In this document: in pieces, positions 53,735 to 64,000 of the stretch
How positions within the stretch are numbered: the first letter of the stretch is position 1
Layout: every line of letters begins with the position of its first letter
From: Eledone cirrhosa
Taxonomy: Eukaryota
NCBI GenBank assembly: GCA_964016885.1
Contig: OZ024742.1
Span: 123,938,001 to 124,002,000 of the forward strand
DNA: 64,000 nt
Direction: 5' to 3'
The notes under the pieces: model-generated
The model's database searches: none
Told to the model about the DNA's origin: nothing
What the model saw: the letters and a program-made list of their open reading frames with translations, nothing else
Made by a program: the position numbers and the translations under genes

Positions 53735-54170
53735 ACAGGCTTACCAATGCACACTGTGAATTTATTTGCCCTAGGTGTCAGGAAGACACTCGGCATATAT
53801 CTCAGAAACAATAATGAAAGAAAATAAAAACAATAATAATAATAATATGGTGTTTTGAACTGGAATATGAGGGAAATCAAAAGAATCGACAAACAATATC
53901 TACACAGTGTAATATGTCGGCATTACAAAATCAAAGCTGAAGACAAGTGGTGCAATCATCACCCTGAGGCTGTAACTGAAGGAGAAAAAGTAACAGTTCT
54001 CTGGGACTTTCCTGTACATACTGACAAGACCATAAAATCAAAAAGACCTGACATCATTGTAAAATATCTGCACACTGTGAATTTATTTGACCTAGGTGTC
54101 AGGAACAAACTCGGCATATATCTGAGAAACAATGATGAAAGAAAATAAAAATAATAATAATATTAATAAT
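53735..54170 (+). mobile_element. R4/Dong-clade family C fragments (two 3' ends)
   Basis: 'VLWDFPVHTDKTIKSKRPDIIV'. Duplicated 3' end tgcacactgtgaatttattt...gaaagaaaataaaa + (AAT)n at 53748 and 54069. Confidence 0.8.
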
Positions 54171-54175
54171 AATAA

Positions 54176-54234
54176 TTGTTTCTACTTCAGGCACAAGGCT
54201 AGCAATTACCCAGTGCATTATTGGTACTTTACTT

Positions 54235-54319
<85 letters not shown>

Positions 54320-54325
54320 GTAATG
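54176..54325. repeat. SINE 3' fragment (minus) followed by long (TAA)n
   Basis: tgtttctacttcaggcacaaggc..., then pure (AAT)n at about 54237-54319. Confidence 0.9.
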
Positions 54326-54330
54326 ATGTT

Positions 54331-56292
54331 ACCAACTATAGACCTATCACATGTCTGCCCGTAATGTGGAAACTGTTGACGAGCATTGTGTCTGAGGAAA
54401 TCTACCATCACCTCCACACAAACAACTTGTTGCCGGACGAACAGAAAGGATGCCGAAAGAAGTCACGTGGTACAAAGGACCAGTTGCTTATTGATAATAT
54501 GGTAATGGGGAATTGCAGGAGGAGACACACTGATCTTGCCATGGGATGGATAGACTACAGAAAGGCATTTGACATGGTGCCTCATTCCTGGATCACCAAA
54601 AGCCTGGAGATCTTCAGGGTGGCAGATAACATCAGACAGTTGCTGGGCAGGAGTATGGGGTCCTGGGAGACAGAGTTGACATCAACTGGAGTATCCTTGG
54701 GAAGCGTGAAGATCAAGAGAGGTATCTTCCAGGGAGATAGCCTGTCCCCTCTGTTGTTTGTCCTTGCCCTGATGCCCTTGACCATTATGCTGCGAAAAGT
54801 GAGAGCAGGATACAAGTTGGGAAGGGGAGAGCTTACCATCAATCACCTCTTCTTCATGGACGATCTTAAGCTCTTCGGGAAAAGTGAGAAGGAGTTGGAT
54901 GTGCTTGTTGACACTGTCCGTATTTTCAGCAGTGATATATGTATGCAGTTTGGTATTGGTAAATGTGGAGTCATTGTGATGAGGAGGGGTAGGTTGAGCA
55001 GAAGTAACGGGATCCAGATACCAACAGGTGAGATGATAAAGGAAATTGACTCTGAGGAAGGATACAAGTATTTGGGCGTTCTGGAGGCTGATGGCATAAA
55101 GAACAAAAAAATGAAGGAATTGTTAAGAACTGAATACATTCGGAGAGTAAGGAGCGTATTGAAGTCACATCTGAACAGCAGAAATGCCATAAGCGCAGTA
55201 AATTCCCGAGCTGTGTCTATTATTAGGTACAGTGCGGGAATTCTGAGATGGAATGTTGCTGAACAAAAAGAAATGGATAGGAAGACTAGGAAGCTATTGA
55301 CTATCTACAACATGTTCCACAAGAGGAGTGATGTCGATAGACTCTACCTAAGGAGATCTGAGGGTGGAAGAGGTCTTATCAGCATAGAGGACTGTGTTCA
55401 GATGGAGAAAAACAACCTATACAAATACGTGACCTATAGTAAGGAGCCAATGCTCAGAGCTGTACTGAAGGAGGGGACAGTAGGCCAGGGGATACCCAAG
55501 GAGGAAATAACATCAAGGAGGAAGAGCAGCCTTAAGGGAAAATCCCTTCATAGTACCTTCTTTGAGAAAACTGAATTTAGAGATCCACAGACATGGAACT
55601 GGTTGAGAAGAGGAGACCTCAAAAAGGCTACAGAAGGAATGCTAATGGCTGCGCAGGAGCAGGCCCTCAAAACGAAGTGGTTGAAGCACCATATCTACAA
55701 GGAGGAGGCTAGCCCACTGTGCAGGATCTGTGGAGAGAGAGAGGAGACTGTGGCTCACATTGTGTCCGAGTGTAAACACCTAGCCCAGACCCACTATAAG
55801 GGCTGGAGACACGATGTGATGGGCAGGGTGATCCACTGGCACCTGTGCAAAGTAAACAATTTACCACATTCTGAGAAATGGTATGAGCATAGGCCAGAGG
55901 CGGTGATGGAGAACAGTCAGGTGAAGGTGCTGTGGGATTTTAGGATACAGACGGACAAAAAACTGGAACACAATAGACCTGACCTGGTGGTTGTGGACAA
56001 AGAAAAAAGATCGTGCCTGATTGTGGATGTGGCCTGCCCGTTCGACACGAGAGTGCAAGAGAAGGAGAGGGAGAAAATTAACCGATACCAGGACCTAAAG
56101 TGGGAGGTGAAAAGGATTTGGAACTGCCATGAAGTCAAAGTGATCCCGATTGTCATAGGCGCACTGGGGACTATCTCCAAAGGTTTCCAGGGACGGTTAA
56201 AGAAAATCGGCCCCTTCACGCTTTTTGGAACGCTTCAAAAGGCATGCTTGCTTGGAACGGCAAGAACCCTCCGATACGTCCTGAATATCTGA
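54331..56292 (+). CDS. R4/Dong-clade RT + CCHC + restriction-like endonuclease, 5'-truncated but uninterrupted (element continues to about 56413)
   Basis: [39 protein letters not shown], CRICx7HIVSEC, RHD, RPDL..VDV..EKINRY. (TAA)n on both flanks. Confidence 0.95.
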   Translation, partial: TNYRPITCLPVMWKLLTSIVSEEIYHHLHTNNLLPDEQKGCRKKSRGTKDQLLIDNMVMGNCRRRHTDLAMGWIDYRKAFDMVPHSWITKSLEIFRVADNIRQLLGRSMGSWETELTSTGVSLGSVKIKRGIFQGDSLSPLLFVLALMPLTIMLRKVRAGYKLGRGELTINHLFFMDDLKLFGKSEKELDVLVDTVRIFSSDICMQFGIGKCGVIVMRRGRLSRSNGIQIPTGEMIKEIDSEEGYKYLGVLEADGIKNKKMKELLRTEYIRRVRSVLKSHLNSRNAISAVNSRAVSIIRYSAGILRWNVAEQKEMDRKTRKLLTIYNMFHKRSDVDRLYLRRSEGGRGLISIEDCVQMEKNNLYKYVTYSKEPMLRAVLKEGTVGQGIPKEEITSRRKSSLKGKSLHSTFFEKTEFRDPQTWNWLRRGDLKKATEGMLMAAQEQALKTKWLKHHIYKEEASPLCRICGEREETVAHIVSECKHLAQTHYKGWRHDVMGRVIHWHLCKVNNLPHSEKWYEHRPEAVMENSQVKVLWDFRIQTDKKLEHNRPDLVVVDKEKRSCLIVDVACPFDTRVQEKEREKINRYQDLKWEVKRIWNCHEVKVIPIVIGALGTISKGFQGRLKKIGPFTLFGTLQKACLLGTARTLRYVLNI

Positions 56293-56378
56293 GGCTGCAG
56301 GTAGTGGCTTGATATTCAATCCAACGGACTTTCCAGTTAACCAACATCAATGACTGAGATTCAAGGAATAACAATAAC

Positions 56379-56417
<39 letters not shown>

Positions 56418-56726
56418 GTCCCATAAAGTTTCGGATCCATATTATATTGTTGTATCGCTCAAATATTCAATTTTGTATTATATATTTTGTATTCAAAAAA
56501 AGAAAATAGTTATAAATGGAACAAAACACCCTCTGTCTACACTATATAGAACAGCGGCAATTTCAATTTCACCAACACCAGAAACTTGATACACTACCTA
56601 TCCCATCACACTAAATATAACGGCAACTTCACCGGCATCATAATAATAATTACTATTATTATTGTTTCAAATTTTAAAAAATGTTTAATTCAAATTTTAC
56701 GGGAATATGTCAACACAAAATATAAT

Positions 56727-57215
56727 TGTTTCTACTATTGGCACAAGGCCAGAAATAACCCAGTACATTACTGGTACTTTATTTTATCGACCCCGTAATG
56801 AAAATATATATTAAACATACGAACACAAACTCATAGATACTATATCAGTAACCACAACACCACCGCTGCCACCACCCCACCACATCCATCATCGCCGCCA
56901 CCACTCATTCAATGCTACTGACACTATTCCCCTGTTAACTTGAGAGAGAAAAGGGAAGGTGGTGGTAGCACTAGACAAGAGAGAGGCTAGCAAAAGATAT
57001 AAATAGATTGACTTGGTGACCTTGCCACGGACAAACGTCTACATCAACAATTATGGGACTGCTGGCTCACCCCTTCCTCACCAACAATATAAAAAGCCCC
57101 GGCACCACCACCGACATAGCCAGCAGCAATAACAGCCAACTACAACAAAAAGTATATTATATTATTGTAATGCACTGGGTGATTGCTGGCCTTGTCCCTG
57201 GAGTGGAGACAATTA
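56727..57215. mobile_element. SINE 3' fragments (56727-56797 minus; 57168-57213 plus) around an unidentified C/A-rich segment
   Basis: ggcacaaggcc and ggccttgtcc..gagacaattatt motifs. Confidence 0.6.
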
Positions 57216-57299
57216 TTAATAATTTCATTCTTAAGCCACGCAATGCTCACATTAAGGAACCACTCATGATAATAACAATTTAAAAAAAACAACAAAAAG

Positions 57300-60200
57300 A
57301 AAACCCCGTGACCAAGAAATACCGGGATGGCGGCCGGCGGGGAATAGCCATGTCTCTAGGGGAGAACGACCCCTCTAGTCTTGGTTGACACTCGTTCTAG
57401 AAGTGGTAACACGAAAAGATTACCCCTTGGCGGATAAGGATAAAACGCGACAAAATAAAGTAGATGTCTAATGATGAAATCTCATACCGGATCGGCCGTC
57501 ACCCGGGTAAAAAAGGGCCGCGTCCCTCAGAGAGGAACCAGACTGGGGTCGAAAAATCAGCTAATGGTTCAAACCTTCCCATCACTTTGGAGCTGGAGAC
57601 CTCCCATAACCGGAATACTCCTACTGTTGGCCCTCCATGCTCACCACCAAGAAATCCAAAGAAAAAGAGAGAAAAATGGTCAAGGGAAGATAATAAAGAA
57701 GTCCTTGAGGCTTTCTACACTGCCATGTACTACCCGTCAAATACATCGAATACAGAGCAAACATATATCAACTGGAAAAAGAAACATCCCGAAAACAGAG
57801 GCTATATTGACAGTAACAAACTAGCCAATATACGAAGAAATATTGTAAGAAAACAGTTACTAACTGATATAGAAATTGATCAGATCAAGCTAGTAGCACA
57901 AAGTCAGCGAAGGGAAAATGAAGCATGTGTCAGTGAAAACGAGGTAAACTGTAACACTTCGAATCCCAGAGTTGGGGCGGAATCACTGGCAACAGAACAA
58001 ATTAAAGAAAGGAGCGAAAAAGTGGAGGGAGTGCATGCTCAGGATGAAACTCCAAATGAAAATAATGAGATCGTAAATGATAAAGAAATGAATGAGAATG
58101 AACTTGCCAACTTGAAGGATGAAATTATGATCGAATGGATGAAAATGAAAGAATCTGACATGGGGGAACGAGACACCCTCCCTAAGATCCAGAACTCCAA
58201 ACAGAACCAAAAGATAATACACAAGACTAACATAATTCTCAAAAACATTATCATCACAAACAAAATAAACATTACTGACTTAAATCATCTCTATTATGCA
58301 TCGGCTAAAGTCACCACTCACTTATGTGGAGTGAAGATGAAAAAACAAAGGAATTCCCACAAGAAATCTACTTGGCAAGATAACATCAATCGCCAAATAA
58401 ACCTTCTCCGATCTGACATAGAAATTTTAACAAACTATAAAGTAGGTGAACATGTTAAACAAACTAAACTTAGAAAATTGAAAAAAAAGTACAGTATAAG
58501 ATCAACATGTGACATAGACATGCTGATAGAAACAATCAAGCAAAAAGTGTCGGCCAAAGCTGCTCGTATAAGGCGCTTTGAAAAACGATCTAGATTCTAT
58601 AAGGACAATAATATGTTCAAAAACAACCAAAGAAACTTCTACAGAAAAATTGGTAAGTCAACAATAACTGCTAAATCAATACCACCCAAGGAGGAAGTGC
58701 AAGAATTCTGGGAAAAGATCTGGGCCGAAGAAAAAAGTTCATAACATACATGCCCCATGGATAGACAGACAAATGAAAGAAACAGCTCACCTTGAAGAAC
58801 AAACATGCGAAAATATAACAGTTGAACAGCTGCGCTTGGCTCTAAGAAAAACCAGCAAATGGAAATCCCCAGGAAAAGACAAAATACAAAACTTTTGGAT
58901 AAATGCCTTCACAGAGTCTCATGAGCTGTTAGCCCAACTTTACAATGAAATAGTTAAGGAGCCAGAAAAGATACCATCATGGCTAGTTAACGGCATTACA
59001 TTCCTGCTACCGAAGAATGATGAGACAAACAATCCCAAAAATTACAGACCGATAACCTGCTTGACCACAATGTATAACATTTTAACATCAGTCCTAACTG
59101 AATACACATATGACCACCTGATAACAAATGACCTATTTCATATTGAGCAAGAGGGTGTAAACGAGGCTCATATGGCTGTAAGGATCAGCTTTTGGTTAAC
59201 AAAATGATACTGGAAGATTGACATAATAGACACAAAAATCTATCAATTGCTTGGATAGATTATAAAAAAGCATTCGATAGTTTGCCACACAGTTAGATTG
59301 AAAAATGTTTAGAGATTTTCAAAATATCTCCCGTTGTCAGGAGGTTTTTGTCATTCATTATGAAGACATGGAAAACGACACTCCTTTTGAATAGTGAAAC
59401 AAAATCACTCGAAGATGGAGAAGTTAATATTAATTGTGGAATTTTTCAGGGTGACTCTTTATCACCGCTTTTATCTGCATCGCACTTATACCATTAAGTA
59501 AAATGCTCAATGAAACAAAACATGGATATAAAGTCTATGACAAAACCATTAATCACTTGTTCTACATGGATGACCTGAAACTATTTGCAAAAAATGATGA
59601 ACAATTGCTGTGGAGTAGTTCAGTGATGACATTAAAATGGAGTTTGGACTAGATAGATACGCCAAAGCAACGTTCACCAGAGGAAAGCTACTGAAAAGTT
59701 CAGACATTAATCTTGATCGGGGAATGTGATAAGAGAATTAAATCAAGAGGAAACTTACAAATATCTAGGTGTTTGTGAAGTCGACGGAATCAAGCACTCG
59801 ACAATGAGGGAAAGGATAAGGAAGGAATGTTACCGCAGAGTTAGGGAATCTTAAGAACGGAATTGAATGCAAGGAATAGGATCGATGCCATAAACACGCT
59901 TGCCATACCAGTAGTAACCTACAGTTACAATGTTATCAACTGGTCAAGCACAGAGATCCGTAGGCTCGATACAAAAATTCGAAAATTCTTAACCATGCAC
60001 AGAATGCATCACCCTAAGGCAGATACAGATAGAATATATCTCCCTAGGAAAGAAGGAGGACGTGGGTTAATCCAGTTAGACATTGCGTTGAAAACTGCAA
60101 CAATTGGATTATCTACATATCTAAGGGAATCACATGATTGGATGATCAAACTCGTTTTGAAACACGAAAGCATCAAAAGATCATACTCCATTACAAAAGA

Positions 60201-61225
60201 TGCACAAAGATACAGTAATGGACTACAAATTTCAGAAGTCCCATTTGCTGCTGAAATGGAAAACATAGAAAAAAGAAAGGCAGGTAAAAGTAACTGCAAA
60301 GAAAGAATTGCTACAGAAACTGGCTAAGAAATGGCAAGAAAAGCCGCTGTATGGAAAATACCCAGAGCGAGCTAACAATCCTGATGTTGACAAAACTTTA
60401 ACCCATCAGTGGTTGGCATCCTCTGGACTGAAATCGGAGGCTGAAGGACTGATTATATAAGCACAAGATCAGTGTCTGCCAACAAAAATTACCAAGCCAA
60501 CATAATAAAAAATGGATGCAGCCCATTATGTCGTGTATGCAAAAAACAACCAGAGACCATTGACCATATAATTTCAATGTGCAGTCCTATAGCTCCAACC
60601 GAATACCTAAACAGGCATGACAGATCTGCACAATACATACATTGGATAATGTGTAAGCATTTTGACTTGCTCCATCAAAAGAATTGGTGGGAGGATGAAC
60701 CACCTCCCATACTTGAAAAAGATCACATCTCAATCTTGTGGAACTTTAGCATCCAAACAGACCGAAAAATAGATGCTGATATAACATAGACTTTAAAAAG
60801 AGGGTATGCCTGCTAATTGATATGTCCGTTCCAATAGACAAGAATGTATCTATAAAAACATTTGAAAAATTGAGCAAGTATGAGGACCTGGAGATAGACA
60901 TTGGAAAAATGTGGAAATTGAGAACTAAAACAATACCAGTGGTTGTAGGCGCTCGAAGAATGATACCTAAAGGGTCTAATGATTACTTATCGCAAATCCC
61001 AGGAAACCCGTGTATAGGAGAAATACAAAAGATAGTACTAATGGGAACTGCCCATATACCAAGGAAGATTCTGTCAATATAAGTACATCACAAGTCTAAA
61101 CACTAAAGATGCATGTGTGAGTATGTATGTTCTTTCTTGAACATGGCGGACCTTGTTGTCTCTTGAGGTCACTGGTTGTGGCTTGGTGATAACTCGTATG
61201 AACATAAAGCAACATAAATGCAACT

Positions 61226-61260
<35 letters not shown>
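57300..61260 (+). mobile_element. R4/Dong-clade family B, near full-length, multiple frameshifts
   Basis: N-terminal 'KWSREDNKEVLEAFY', [32 protein letters not shown], CRVCx7HIISMC, RHD, EKLSKY. 3' (TAA)n. Confidence 0.93.
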
Positions 61261-61263
<3 letters not shown>

Positions 61264-61556
61264 GAAAATTGGCCCCTTCACGCTTTTTGGAACGCTTCAA
61301 AAGGCATGCTTACTGGGAACAGCAAGAAGCCTCCGATACGTCCTGAATATCTGAGGCTGCAGGTAGTGGCTTGATATTCATTTCAACAAACTTTCGAGTT
61401 AACTAACACCAATGACTGAGACACAAAGAGTAATAACAATAATAATAAACTAAACAATTTACCACATTCTGAGAAGTGGTATGAGCATAAGCCAGAGTCG
61501 GTGATAGAAAACGATCAGGTGAAGTTGCTATGGGATTTTAGGATACAGACGGACTT
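61261..61556 (+). mobile_element. R4/Dong family A fragments
   Basis: 3' end 61261-61445 matches 56199-56375. 61452-61554 matches 55853-55955. Confidence 0.88.
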
Positions 61557-61565
61557 AATAATAAT

Positions 61566-61858
61566 TGTTTCTACTTTTGGCACAAGGCCAGCAATTATCT
61601 ATGTGTATTACTGGTACTTTATTTTATCGACCCCGTAAGGATGAAAGACAAAGTTAACCTCGACGGACAATAATAATAATACTTGTTTCTACTTTAGGCA
61701 CAAGGCCAGTAATTATCCAGTGCATTACTGGTACTTTATTTTATCGACCCCGTAAGGATGAAAGGCAAAGTCAACCTCGGCGGGATTTGAACTCAGATCG
61801 TAAAGGGACGTAAATATGCTGGAAAGCATGGCGTGGGACCCTCCACTGATTACTGCCA
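61566..61858 (-). mobile_element. Two SINE copies (61566-61666 truncated; 61684-61858)
   Basis: Family consensus, each preceded by (AAT)n on the plus strand. Confidence 0.9.
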
Positions 61859-62162
61859 TTGAAGTCAACAGCTAGTCAGAAAGTAACATAGGACAGGCCA
61901 ACTTCTATTTTAGCTGCTGCTACCACCAAACCATCAAAGAAGAGAGAGAGAAAGGGCCAAATGGAAATGTGAATTTTGATATATATGTAAACTATATTCT
62001 CTTATATCCAATTCTAATTAATATACACCTTAATTTTATTATATACGTTTTATCATATTTCCTTGAGTATGAACAATTCGAAATATTTATCAGCTGAAAC
62101 CGGTACTATAATTTACTTTTACGAGAAAATCTTATTAGCATTTCCTTCATTTTTTAATTTTA

Positions 62163-62442
<280 letters not shown>

Positions 62443-63346
62443 CCAGAAAGAATAATATGTCTGCATTTATAGTGTTTCTTATGGTGTGTCAAACTATATA
62501 ATGCTAGTGGGAAATGCTTCACATTAATAATCTTTGCTTCTGCATCGACAGCATATAATATAAATCATTGATGTTCGTATCGGTCATATAACTACTTATT
62601 TGAAAATATTTGGTGGAACTTTTTTACGGTTTTACTAAATATTAACACATGCTATGAACTCTACCTATTCTCATACCTCACTGAAGAGAATTAAACGTCA
62701 TACAATAATGTATAATTATGAAATCGTTACATTAAACAAAAAGGCGAGTGGGTTGCTGCAAGGCCGTTTATAAGTTCAACATCAAGTTTCTATTTGAGAT
62801 TCGAATCTTGCTCGGATAAACTTCATCGTTCTTCCGCATATAGGGATAATTCAAGAGCTAAGAGCAAACAGGGTTTTATATATGAATGGGAGACACTTGT
62901 ACATATATAAAGATATATAATGTATCTGCTTATATCTTATTCTTTAAAAGATTGGCTGAACTTTGAAAAAATACTCCATTCTTACAGATTCATTGAGTTT
63001 GCTTCATCACGTCTACGCGAATTTCAGTGATACTTATCTGACATATATTTCAATAGTAAATATTTAAATATCCAAGTTTCAACGTCCCGCCTCATTCATG
63101 CGTGGACTTCCAAATGTATGACAAAGGTGGGAAACATTTTATTAGATATCATTAATACCAATCGTGATATTTTATCGTATTATGAACGCTAAGTTGAGTT
63201 TATTGGAAACACTAGGAATCTATAATACAGCCTGTGTTAATATTTGTTGATCATATATCTCTCTCTCTCTCTACCACTCTCTCTCTCTCTCTCGCTGTCT
63301 CTCTTTCTCTTTCTCTCTCTCTCTCATGCATACATAAATATATACA

Positions 63347-63416
<70 letters not shown>

Positions 63417-63713
63417 TGTGCGTATATTGATTCTAAGATTTTCTATTCATGGCGTTGCTTATATTCCTCCGATGATTAAATTTACATTGCTGTACTTAAT
63501 CAACTGCATTTAAGACATGATACAACCACGGGATCAGAAATGCTAAGGAACATATATATAGCATTCATTAATATGTATTAGCTAATCTCCTCTGTTAACA
63601 TTGTTTTCCCACAGGATCTGTAAAACGCATGATTATAATTATGAGAATGATGACAGCAACAACAACAATAACAATAATAAGTGTTTCTACAATAATAATA
63701 ATGGCTGCTTATA

Positions 63714-63917
63714 TAGGCACAAGGCCAGCAATTTGAGGGGATGGGAAAGTCGATTAAATCGATTCCAGTGCGTGACTGGTACTTTATTTTATCGACCCCG
63801 TAAGGATGAATGCAAAGTTAACCTTGGCAAGATTTGAACTCAGATTATAATGTGCCGTACTCTATGCTGCAAAGTATGGTGTCCCGACCCACTACCTATA
63901 CAACCAATCCACTGCCC
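63714..63917 (-). mobile_element. SINE, long-tail variant
   Basis: Family motifs on the minus strand. Confidence 0.88.
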
Positions 63918-63934
63918 TAATAAGGATGATTTTA

Positions 63935-64000
63935 ATAACAATTAAAAAGGTGGATGAACTCCTCAGAGCCAATGGCTATCCACCCTAACACTTGGTTAAA
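63935..64000 (+). mobile_element. Penelope-like RT remnant, running off the window end
   Basis: 'KKVDELLRANGYPP' matches the LxxNGYP motif of PLE reverse transcriptases. Confidence 0.5.

Noticed and set aside
57400-57452. Twister-like motif (taa-cacg...ggataaaa-cgcg)
   Set aside because: I could not identify the conserved loop and pseudoknot partners.

Overview
AT-rich, microsatellite-dense metazoan DNA. The repeat content resembles a cephalopod (octopus-like) genome, which is an inference. I could not support any host gene exon. The window is almost entirely mobile DNA. (1) About 20 copies of one tRNA-headed SINE; the copies with readable TSDs inserted at 5'-ATTAT sites. (2) A full-length, mildly decayed L1/Tx1-clade LINE (about 45315-52460, minus strand) carrying two tandem, divergent ORF1 (RRM + zinc knuckle) modules. 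Its 3' stem-loop matches the SINE 3' end. (3) A cluster of R4/Dong-clade RLE-type LINEs in (TAA)n tracts (52.5-61.6 kb). (4) RTE, CR1-like, CRE-like and Penelope remnants, a mariner MITE and a non-autonomous Helitron. (5) Many short non-coding inserts in (TA)n microsatellites that carry type I hammerhead ribozyme motifs. Several are head-to-head fold-backs. One has a 323-nt circularly permuted unit, and another has an 840-nt LTR-like period with a greatly enlarged hammerhead helix II. These look like Penelope-dependent, retrozyme-like elements. Most short ORFs in the track are microsatellite artefacts. Boundaries of decayed remnants are approximate.
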